Notes under the pieces: generated by a model
What the model was told of the DNA's origin: nothing
What the model saw: only the letters and a program-made list of their open reading frames with translations
Databases searched by the model: none
Made by a program: the position numbers and the translations under genes
Shown: positions 18,827 through 28,904 of the stretch, one piece after another
Position numbering within the stretch: position 1 is the first letter of the stretch
How the letters are laid out: every line of letters begins with the position of its first letter
Assembly: GCF_000315625.1 (NCBI RefSeq)
Contig: NW_005434673.1
Span: 396,270 to 460,269, forward strand
Origin: Guillardia theta CCMP2712
Lineage: Eukaryota; Protista; Cryptophyta
DNA length: 64,000 nt
Direction of reading: 5' to 3'

Positions 18827-21800
18827 ATGGTGAGGGAAAGAAGGCGGTGGATGGTGGGCATGGCTGGAGGGATGGCGATGGGAGCGACGATGACCTTCTT
18901 TGTCATGCTCTCACTCTTTCACGAGAGACTATGGCCTTCTACCCGCCCAAGACGGCTTGCTACCCTGAGCAACGTCAGAGTCAGCCTCGCCACGATCCCG
19001 AGCTGGATGCTTTTCCGAGCGAGCAGGAGCGCGGTCTTACAGGCAGAGAAGGAGCTGGGCAAGGAGTTCGATGTTGTCAGCGTGCAGGACTCGATCAAAC
19101 CTTTGAGCATCTCCTGCTCGGGTGAGGACAAGGTTTCGGAAGAGATCTGCGAACTTTCGATGGAGCTTTCCCTAGCCCACCTGCACGGTCTCTGGTCGAG
19201 CTTGAGCGAGGTTCTTCCCTTTGCGCAGACCAGGAGACCATCCTTCAACGAGGCTGACTCCTGCAATGTCACGAGTATGAGTAGCAGCTCGCACCATGGC
19301 GTCCACCATGTTAACGTGAAGTGCTCGAATATGGGAAGGAGGAGGAGAGTAGGAGCGTTCCTCAGTTTCATCAACCGGCACACGAAAGAAGAGGAAGAGA
19401 TCCCAGTGTTGGTGTCTTGGTTGGACCATCTGAGCCTTCCTCTCTTCGTCGCTCCCTTCGACCTCTTCCTCGTAGCTCCCTTTGAGCTATCGTCCTTGGT
19501 GGAGAAGCAGGTTAGCCGCTTGCTAAGAAGGAGGGATGACAATGCTCACAAGGCTCTCTGTGTGAGAATCCGCAAGTGGAAGGACGTTGGAGGCGGGCGA
19601 GTCTTGTGCTCGACGCCTGGTCTCGAACAGGGAAGTGTTTCATCCAATGTTCCGATCATATGGATCTCCAAGGTGGCTGGGGACGAAAGTTCGCAAACCA
19701 GCACCGGGAAAGTCGACCAGGTTATTCGGACGCTGAAAGCTGTGGAGGGGTCGATTGGGCATGTCCACAATTACGAGTATTTCATGTTTGTGGAGCAGAG
19801 TTTCTTCGTCTGTGGGAGAGTTTTCTCTCATTTCCTGCAGAACATTCTTTCTCTCAGACGCTCTTTCACGCTGATTGCATGCGGGCGGGAGCTGTCCTGC
19901 TTCCTCGGGGAGTGGAGAGACCTCAAGTTCTGGTCGAGGGCAGTCTCTGCTCCTGCAAGAGAGAGGACGTCCAAGAGCTACTCGCTCCTGCAGGTGGTGG
20001 GGAAGGAGAAGATAGAGTTCCGAAGGCACTTCGGAGACGCCCCTTCATTCCGCTCCCTCGAGGACATGCTGTTTTCCGCAGACGATGAGAAGGGAAGGCA
20101 GAGATGCGAGAGGACTGTGCGATTTTCTGACGAGGAGCTGCACAAGCCGGAGGCTGAGGAGACGCATGAGGAGGAGACGCACTGTGTCGGCCACATAGAC
20201 ATGCTGGCTCCCTGTCAGGATCCTCACAAGACCGTCTCCTTCCTCGCTCATCCCCGGTGGTCTCATCAGATGAGGTCGAAGAGAAGGCTGTTGAGTGTTC
20301 AGATCCTTGCGAACGACCGGCCGAAGCAGCTTCTTCGCACTGTCATGCAGCTCCTGACGCAGCTGGAGCCGAGGTGTATCACTATCCACCTGGACCATTC
20401 AAAGCAGGACAAGATTGAACCGCAGCAGAAGCTTACGACGAAGGTGGCTCATTGGCTGGGAAGCACGTTCGGGACGAAGTGGAGGAGGAACGGACGCAAG
20501 TTCCTTCCTGCCGTCACCCATCGCCTTGGGTTCCAGCGCAACTTCGCCTCCAAGAACTTCACGGCCGACCTGACGCCTACCGACAGACTTGTGCATGCGA
20601 CTTGGAACGCACTGGCATACGCCTTTGACGATGACCCAGCAGGAGGAGCATGCAGCCCGAACGCGACTGTGATCCTCGAAGACGACCTCCTCCCCACCCA
20701 TGACGCTATTGAGTACTTTCTGATGGGGAAGGAGATCATGGACGAGGACGAGGAGGTTCTTGTAGTGTCAGCATGGAACGACAACGGGTTCAGCTTGCGG
20801 GAGGGACTTCGATGTGCGACGCTGAGGGGAGAATACTTCATGAGCTTGGGTTGGCTAACAACTAGGAGGGTGTTCGACAGGATTACCAGCCTCCCTCACT
20901 TGTGGCCCTCGGTATCTGTGGAGCATGATGGAGAGCAGGTGGTCGGCTCGGCCATTGACGGAGGGTGGGAGCTGCCCTTCCTCAAGCTGTTCAAGGAGAC
21001 GGGAGTCGGCATATTCCCCGCAGTTAGCCGGGTGTGGCATCAGAGCTCGAGGAAGGGCTGGTCGGTCAACTCGCTCATCCAGAAGCAGGTCCTCAACGCT
21101 CACACCCGCCTCTCCTCAAACGCCTCCTGCACCTCCGACTGGACGCGAGAGAAGCGGTACGACCAGCTCATCGCCTCCACAGTCAGCAACGGCCAGTGGG
21201 TCAACCTGTCTCTCTACCCCTGCTACAAGTCCCTGCTCGCCCAGGCTGCTCCCTCCTCGTTCGTCCTTGCCACGGACCTTAAATTCAACTCGCCACCAGT
21301 CGTGACGCTCTTCCACATCTTCGGCCTCGTCAAGGGTTTCGGTAGAGCTCGGGGCTACTACAAGGGCGTCATCCGCTTCTTCTTCGCGCAGCACAACCTC
21401 CTCCTCCTCAACTCCAGGTCGCCCTTCTTCCGACAAGCCCCCGCCAGATTGAGGAAGCTGATGCTCAACGAGCGTGAACTCTCCTCTTTCCTCGATGGCA
21501 CGTGCGCATGGCACAGGCAGGCTTCACATCCCCTGGCCGTCGTCAATCTCCCTTCCAGCCCTTCTGCTACCACCATCGTCACCCTCGCCGCGAAGCGGCA
21601 AAGCTGCAGCTCAGCTTGTTCGCAGCTGAACCGCACGTGCAAGGACTGGGCGGCTCTCTTGGCCTATTCTCCCTCCTTCCTATGGAGCCGAGGGAAGCTG
21701 GCACCCTTGAATCGCTCCTCCAGCCTCCTCCGGGGACGACCGGGCGTGGGGTACGGCTCCTACCTTGCCTTTGGCAGAGAGGATTTGCCCATCCTCAGCA

Positions 21801-21943
21801 AGGGGGAGGTGCTAGACGGTCTGCCTCGGCTGTTCCGGTGCCGTGCCGTCTCCGGTGAGGAGGAAAGAATCTGCCCCTGCCTTGAGAGGCAGTACGCGGC
21901 CATGGCAGGAGCTTTTGGGGTGTTAGGTACTCTCGATCGCTGA
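18827..21943 (+). CDS. Type II membrane glycosyltransferase, GT13 (GnT-I/POMGNT1-like) domain with extra N- and C-terminal domains
   Basis: Intronless ORF of about 1040 aa with an N-terminal TM. VQILANDRP, VILEDDL..THDAIEYF, VSAWNDNG and RGEYFMSLGW are GT13 motifs. Cys-rich tail QSCSSAC...C...ERICPC. Confidence 0.85.
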   Translation: MVRERRRWMVGMAGGMAMGATMTFFVMLSLFHERLWPSTRPRRLATLSNVRVSLATIPSWMLFRASRSAVLQAEKELGKEFDVVSVQDSIKPLSISCSGEDKVSEEICELSMELSLAHLHGLWSSLSEVLPFAQTRRPSFNEADSCNVTSMSSSSHHGVHHVNVKCSNMGRRRRVGAFLSFINRHTKEEEEIPVLVSWLDHLSLPLFVAPFDLFLVAPFELSSLVEKQVSRLLRRRDDNAHKALCVRIRKWKDVGGGRVLCSTPGLEQGSVSSNVPIIWISKVAGDESSQTSTGKVDQVIRTLKAVEGSIGHVHNYEYFMFVEQSFFVCGRVFSHFLQNILSLRRSFTLIACGRELSCFLGEWRDLKFWSRAVSAPARERTSKSYSLLQVVGKEKIEFRRHFGDAPSFRSLEDMLFSADDEKGRQRCERTVRFSDEELHKPEAEETHEEETHCVGHIDMLAPCQDPHKTVSFLAHPRWSHQMRSKRRLLSVQILANDRPKQLLRTVMQLLTQLEPRCITIHLDHSKQDKIEPQQKLTTKVAHWLGSTFGTKWRRNGRKFLPAVTHRLGFQRNFASKNFTADLTPTDRLVHATWNALAYAFDDDPAGGACSPNATVILEDDLLPTHDAIEYFLMGKEIMDEDEEVLVVSAWNDNGFSLREGLRCATLRGEYFMSLGWLTTRRVFDRITSLPHLWPSVSVEHDGEQVVGSAIDGGWELPFLKLFKETGVGIFPAVSRVWHQSSRKGWSVNSLIQKQVLNAHTRLSSNASCTSDWTREKRYDQLIASTVSNGQWVNLSLYPCYKSLLAQAAPSSFVLATDLKFNSPPVVTLFHIFGLVKGFGRARGYYKGVIRFFFAQHNLLLLNSRSPFFRQAPARLRKLMLNERELSSFLDGTCAWHRQASHPLAVVNLPSSPSATTIVTLAAKRQSCSSACSQLNRTCKDWAALLAYSPSFLWSRGKLAPLNRSSSLLRGRPGVGYGSYLAFGREDLPILSKGEVLDGLPRLFRCRAVSGEEERICPCLERQYAAMAGAFGVLGTLDR

Positions 21944-22189
21944 GCTCTGGTGAGCTCCACCAGCCTCATGCTCTCTGGAATTCTTCCCCTTCCCTCGCTC
22001 CTCCTCTCCCTCCTTCCAGCTCTATTCTTCTCTTCTACTCGCATGGCCTCGCCTGCGATATCGAACTCTGTTTCTTCCCTCCTCCTCCTCCCCCTCCTCC
22101 TCCTCCTCCACCTCCTCTCGTGTACATTTGGGAGGCCTTCCAATATTTTTAATTGCTTTCTTTGCAATCCATTCATCAAAAGTCTCGCT

Positions 22190-25100
22190 GCACTGACCGA
22201 TCGTGTGTGCCCTCCCCAACTTGCTCCTATCTCTCCTCAGACCGCCATCCTCTCCAGCAACTTCTTGGGGCGCTTCCCGGAAGTAGGGTTGCGAACAATG
22301 TTCAGAGTGTGCTCACCTGAGCCGTTGCAGCCGCAAGTGATTGCGCAGCTCCTCTTCTTCACCCCAACCTCCACTGAAGATCCCTCGACTCCCCTCACCA
22401 TCTCGGGCACCACATTCACGTCCAAGGCTCTGTTGCCATTGACGCTCACAATCACATCGCCAACCTGAAGAGCACACAGGTCAGGAGGGATGCGGAGGCT
22501 GCAACGTCTTGAACCTCAAGGCAGTTGCTCTTGTTGACTTCCTCTTGAAGGATCCACCAACAGGTTCCATTCGGAATGACCTCTGAAATCTGGATCTCTC
22601 TTCCTTCAACCTGCTCCATGCGCAGTCCAATCCCGCAAATGACCGGAGCTGCAGCCCCGAGCTTCACTCGCCCGCACTGGGCATGCTCTCTCTTGAGACG
22701 GTCGTACTCGTCCTGAAGTTCTTGCTGTGCCAATGTCAGCTTCTTGATTCTCTGTTCCAGCGCCAGGAGGTTGTCTGGACATTTCTGGTGTTCATCCCTG
22801 AGACGCTTCAGCTCTCTGGCATTGGCGTCAAGCTCAGCTTGAAGTTTTCGAATCTTGTCATCACATCCAGAATGCAGCCCTTTCAGCTACATGCTCATTC
22901 AACGAAGAAGAAACATTCCAGAAACAGACGCAAATACCTGCTTCATCTCTTTCTGCGAATCAGCCAGTTCATTGCGAAGACCTCCAATCAATTCGTCGCA
23001 GGGCTTGTGCTTGGCGATCGCCTGTACCTCCCTCGTCAGAGAGACAGCCCAAGGTGTACTCTCATGATGTCCCTACATCGTCGCGCTCTCCTTCGAGATC
23101 TTTCTTAGTCTTGGCCAAGGTAGCCTGAAGCTCCTGGATCTTCCCCTCGCAAGGCTTGTGTGCATCTGTCGCCTGCATCCCAACACAGTGAGCTCTGAAG
23201 AGCGCTCCCGGGTCTGCTCCTCTTCGCATCTCACAGCGCATCCCGCCACTACACACCTTCTTGAGGTCCTTCTCCAGCTGCTCGACACGCTCCTTGAGCG
23301 ACTTGATCATCGCGTCGCAGGGCTTGTGCTTGGCGATCGCCTGTACCTCCCTCGTCAGAGAGACAGCCCAAGGCGTACTCTCATGATGTCCCTACATCGT
23401 CGCGCTCCTTTTCGCAGTCGAACTTAGTCTTGGCCAAGGTAGCCTGAAGCTCCTGGATCTTCCCCTCGCAAGGCTTGTGTGCATCTGTCGCCTGCATCCC
23501 AACACAGTGAGCTCTGAAGAGCGCTCCCGGGTCTGCTCCTCTTCGCATCTCACAGCGCATCCCGCCACTACACACCTTCTTGAGGTCCTTCTCCAGCTGC
23601 TCGACACGCTCCTTGAGCGACTTGATCATCGCGTCGCAGGGCTTGTGCTTGGCGATCGCCTGTACCTCCCTCGTCAGAGAGACAGCCCAAGGCGTACTCT
23701 CATGATGTCCCTACATCGTCGCGCTCCTTTTCGCAGTCGAACTTAGTCTTGGCCAAGGTAGCCTGAAGCTCCTGGATCTTCCCCTCACAAGGCCTATGGG
23801 TCTCTGTCGCCTGCGATGTAATGTGGTAAGCTGCTGCGATACGTCCCTCCTAACATCCCGCCACTACACACCTTCTTGAGGTCCTTCTCCAGCTGCTCGA
23901 CACGCTCCTTGAGCGACTTGATCATCGCGTCGCAGGGCTTGTGCTTGGCGATCGCCTGTACCTCTCTCGTCAGAGAGACAGCCCAAGGCGTACTCTCATG
24001 ATGTCCCTACATCGTCGCGCTCCTTTTCGCAGTCGAACTTAGTCTTGGCCAAGGTAGCCTGAAGCTCCTGGATCTTCCCCTCGCAAGGCCTATGGGTCTC
24101 TGTCGCCTGCATCCCAACACAGTGAGCTCTGAAGAGCGCTCCCGGGTCTGCTCCTCTTCGCATCTCACAGCGCATCCCGCCACTACACACCTTCTTGAGG
24201 TCCTTCTCCAGCTGCTCGACACGCTCCTTGAGCGACTTGATCATCGCGTCGCAGGGCTTGTGCTTGGCGATCGCCTGTACCTCCCTCGTCAGAGAGACAG
24301 CCCAAGGCGTACTCTCATGATGTCCCTACATCGTCGCGCTCTCCTTCGAGATCTTTCTTAGTCTTGGCCAAGGTAGCCTGAAGCTCCTGGATCTTCCCCT
24401 CGCAAGGCTTGTGTGCATCTGTCGCCTGCATCCCAACACAGTGAGCTCTGAAGAGCGCTCCCGGGTCTGCTCCTCTTCGCATCTCACAGCGCATCCCGCC
24501 ACTACACACCTTCTTGAGGTCCTTCTCCAGCTGCTCGACACGCTCCTTGAGCGACTTGATCATCGCGTCGCAGGGCTTGTGCTTGGCGATCGCCTGAAGA
24601 AACTATGAGATGTTTAGTGGTGCAGGAAGTGATTTGTCGACTTCGTCTCTCTCTTTCTCTGTCTTCTGAATCACGTTCTTCAGTTCTGAAATCTGAGCGT
24701 TGACTTGGGCTTCAAACTGAGGGCGAAATGAACAATAGCAAGCAAATTGATAGTCAGACCTCGGTGAAGTGGCGGCGTTCCTGCTGAATGGTGTTCTTCA
24801 GTTGATCTAGGGTTGCTTGTACCGACTTCAGGTGGGACTCAGTCTCGGTTTGCATTTGTCTTACGTTGGCGGCAATGCTTCAACATGACGTTCAGTGACT
24901 CATGTGCAAGCAGCTGCAAGCATACGTGGCATCGTAGTCCTCTTGAGCAATGACCATCTTGCTCCACAAATCAACGGTCGCATCAATGAGGTCCGCTGCA
25001 CGGTTGTCGCCGAATCGGACAGCAGCATCCTTAATCTGAGTGAAGTACTCGAACATCTGTCGTTTATCCGCCACTTTCTCAGTGGCCATCCTTTTCAAAT

Positions 25101-25730
25101 TCACGACGATCTCTTCCCCGTTCTGCAGGCCAATCATTGACTTGACATGGACCACACAACCAACCCTCTTCCTGACGGTGACGGACACATCGCTGTCAGG
25201 GGTGTCGGGTCCAATCAGGAAATCTACGACGTTCTCCGAATCCACCTCGAGGCCATCCACCTGACCAGGAAGATCAGCGTTCCATCTACCTGGGCACCGA
25301 CTGGAAGTGCAAGGATACCTTCAAGATCTGATCCCCCTTGGAGAGCTTCTTGCACTGCAGGCCGGGAGCTCCGATCATCAGGTTGTCGATGATGGCTCCC
25401 TGCAGGCATGGTCATCCGCGAACACGGCTGGAAGCCAGGGATCCGTGCATGGACATCTCACAGGATAACGAAACATGAAGTAGGACACGCTGAAGATGAA
25501 ACGCCAAGACCGCAGACCAACAGCAAGGGCACAACAAAAGAACAACAACCGAATCCCACCCACCTTGAGCATGATGCCCACGGTCGCACGAGTCGCCGCA
25601 GCATTCCTCACGATCGTCACAAGGTCGCATGCGAGAGCGTCTGTGCCATTGCTGCTGGAAGCAGCCTGCATGCGGGAGCATGCGGTGTCGACAAGCGCGA
25701 GGAGTGGCGGGAAGCGAGCATCCGCGGCCA
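22190..25730 (-). CDS. Multi-exon PDZ - coiled-coil repeat - PDZ protein
   Basis: N-terminal PDZ (RATVGIMLK...VDGLEV...FLIGPDTPDSDVSVTV), central heptad repeats, C-terminal PDZ (CGIGLRMEQVEGREIQISEVIPNG...IVSVNG...MVRGVEGSSVEVGV). Ends approximate. Confidence 0.75.
22994..24596. repeat. Tandem array of five exon-intron cassettes (319, 319, 296, 319, 319 bp) plus a partial sixth
   Basis: cgtcgcagggcttgtgcttggcgatcgcctg recurs at 22994, 23313, 23632, 23928, 24247 and 24566. Confidence 0.97.
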
Positions 25731-25749
25731 TGGTTTGTGGTTCAGGCCA

Positions 25750-26275
25750 GCAGGGGTGGGGTCCTAAATATACTCCGAAGCGACGCAATATGTACATAGC
25801 TAGTGGGTACAAGGATGGGGGGTGATCATACAAGGGTGGGTGGGCGCATAGTCTGAGGAGGGGTTCATTTGATAGCTGTAGATGGGGATTTCAGAGATAT
25901 ATCGAATCCGTGCAGGTATGGGGCGGGTACAGGTGGGGTGATACCACCCCCTTTCCAGATGTTTGCTGCTACCCCCTACCCTGTTAAACTACCCACCAAA
26001 GCTATGAAAGTTGCCGAGTTGTATTTGAGGGTGGGTGGGCAATCAGTGATACCCCACCCCGCTCCTGGATGGGCAAGTGGGGGGTCACTGTCGTGGCTAG
26101 GTCCTCTTCGGATAGGGGATTCTGAACGGACACTACCCCTTGTTCCGACCTCGGATCTTTAAGGCCGGAGTAGGGGTGATTTCGGAGAATCTACAGGGGT
26201 AGGGGTTCCCAGATACATGTAAAAGGAGGGGGTGGTAGGACGAATCTGTCACAGTTGTTTTACTCAAAGTTAAAA
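25750..26275. promoter_or_regulatory. GGGTRGG/ACCCC-motif cluster upstream of the PDZ gene
   Basis: Numerous ggggtggggt, gggtgggtggg, accccctaccc, accccacccc and ggggtaggggt; ends with tttactcaaagttaa. Confidence 0.45.
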
Positions 26276-26800
26276 AAGAACGATAAGGCGCAAGATGCGA
26301 TCGAGTACAGAACATGCTGGGCGACCTTGCAGGCTGCCTCCCTGCATCGCCTCTGTGGCATGCAGCTATGCTCGTCCCAGAGTACTTCAGATACTACTAC
26401 AGTCAGAAAATCCTGGCAGCAGCAGCGTCAAATTCTCCCCGAATGGCAAGAATCAGAGACTCAAACATCATTTCTAGATGAAGCAAGTGCTGAAGATCTG
26501 ATCCTTCACCGTGCTTTCTAGCGACATCTGGAGTCCCCCTCAATAGCAAGTGGCAAGCCTCTTTCATAACCATCATGCGAGCTCGAACATCTATGGACTC
26601 GTCGGTGATGGCACGTTCTACTTGCCAACTCCTTCAAGACCTCGTTCTTTCACTTCTTCTTGGGACTGTCATTGTCATCGGAGGCAAGGGCGAGGTCTGT
26701 TGTGCGAAAGAATATTCCGGAGTGCGTCGTGCATGTGTCTTGGGTTTGGACTGATGATAAGGCGCGCATAAGTCGACACGTCAAATGGCAACCGGGTTGA

Positions 26801-28481
26801 CTACGGGAAGACGCACTTTTTCATTTTCTTTACTTGAAGATACAGGACAGCACTCTTGCTGGGAGAGTTATGATCCGCGAGACAGCGCGCGTCCACCTGC
26901 AGGCATGCCGGGGAGTCAAGCAACATGCTGTTGGCAGCAGCAGGGGAGAAATTCACCATCCGGATCCCGGGAGCGCTGCACCTGTGCATATGTCGACCAT
27001 TGATTCCAAAAGCCGTAAAGCGTTTCCCACGGTCCTCCCTTTCCATCTCGTCTCGATGAAATGAGCTATCGCGTATCTGGGCGGGGCGCAAATTTCAGTC
27101 ACAGCTACATCGCACGATACATGTAGGGAAAGCAAGAAACAAGCTTACGTAGGCATATGGACCGTTGATCTGAATGCTTCTATCTTATACAATCTCTCCA
27201 AATATCTGAAAATCTGTCATTAAACGTGCAAGTGCTTTTATGCACATGCTACTCACGCTGTCAGATTCGGATAGTTTCTCATTCTCCGTATGTGACATCG
27301 AAATGCAGGATAGTAGCTGACGTCAAACCTTATCAAAGTTGGAAAGGCCATGACGTCCAACTCCGTTATTCTATCGCCAGCTAGAAACTGACGGCCTTTC
27401 AACACCGATTCACAGGCATCCATCGCACGGAAAGTCTCAATCAAAGCAGCTCGGTAAGCCTCCTCCCGCGCAGCGTATCCGCACTTGTAGACACCAGCAT
27501 TGATCTTGTAGACGATCTGCCTTATTCTCTCAATCTCTTCTTGTAGATCGTCGGGATACAAGTCGATGCCGTTCACTCCCAAACTTCTGAAATTCTGGAA
27601 ATCCATATCGAAGTCAGCAGGCCATCAAGCATCGTGCGAATCACTGACGGATTGCATCACCTGGTGTAAAATCCTAACAATTTCTCCACTCTCATTGTTG
27701 ATAATCCTCCCAGTCTTTGAGTCCCACAGTGCAGGAATGGTCACTCGTCCTGTTGACTGGAAGAAAAATCAACAGTTTACAGTTTCACGGCTGCGCAATG
27801 AAGAAGTTGTCGTACTCGAGGATCAGTTGCCGAGTACAGTTCGTGCAGATAAACAGTTCCACTCTTAAGTCTGACGTGGTTGAACGGATCTCGGTTTGTT
27901 GATCTACCAAGTTAGCGCATGAGCGAGGAGGATAGGAGGTGGAAGGGTGCAATGCTTACTTCGAGTCTTGTTTCCGTCCTTTGGAAAATCGCCACCCCTT
28001 CGTCGCTATAGCAGGGAGCCCCTTGGAGATGGGCCAAATCCTGAGGAGACAAGACATGTGTCAATATCCCCACTCAAAAGCTCCTGTTTGCCATCTTCAA
28101 GCCTCCTTCTCACCCATCAGTCGCAATCACGCCAACTCGGCCTTGCAATCCCGCCAATCCATGAGCAATCAGCGTCCTCTGTGACCAGGGGTCTCCATAG
28201 CTGACCAGCAGAAAGTATCGTCCCTCTTCAACATCCTCCTCAAAGATCTTCCCTTTGAATCTCACTGCCAGCATCGCCTCCTGACACGCCTGCCCCTCTT
28301 GTCCCTCGACAGCAGGCTTGCCATTGATGAGGATCACCGCTCCTTTCTTCGTGAAAGGAAGAGCATTGGAGACAGAGTCAATCAGCCCACTCAGATATCC
28401 TCCTCTTGCACCGACCTCCCTCGGTCTCCTCACTACACTCTGCCTCCCCCTTTCCTTCCTCCGTCTAGCCGACTCAGCCAT
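26801..28481 (-). CDS. Glutathionyl-hydroquinone reductase-like GST (ECM4/YqjG family) lacking the catalytic Cys
   Basis: [87 protein letters not shown]. The 3' end is uncertain. Confidence 0.85.
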
Positions 28482-28549
28482 TGTCCCACCCTTGCAAGCC
28501 CACCCCCACCCCCACCCCCACCCACGAGCCCGAGTACCACACCCCCTGG

Positions 28550-28700
28550 CTCAGTTGACTCGGTGATCATCGGATGATCGGACCGTCGTTCCCCCGGGCC
28601 GGGCCGGGGAACCGGGCCCGGGCCCGGCCCGGTCGGTGACCGGATGCGCCGAGCGGGACAGGCTGCGAGTCAGTGTCACTCAGGTGATCAGTCGAGCCGA
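28550..28700. promoter_or_regulatory. CCGG/TGAC/GATCGGA patch between divergent genes
   Basis: tgatcatcggatgatcggacc, ccgggccgggccgggg, ccgggcccggcccgg, gagtcagtgtcactcag. Confidence 0.45.
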
Positions 28701-28904
28701 GAGAGGCAGAAGAAGCGAGAAAAAAGAAGTCATCGCATCGCGTTGAAGACAGGACTTCAAGTGCACAGCCCGGCAGAGCAGCCGGGGGAAGAAGAACAGG
28801 AGCAAGAGCACTGAGAAGAACTTGACGGCTCAGCGGCCTTCTGAGTGCCAGTAGACGTTGCCCACTCACTGCAGTCTCCTCACTCCGAAGACAGCGCCGT
28901 GAAC

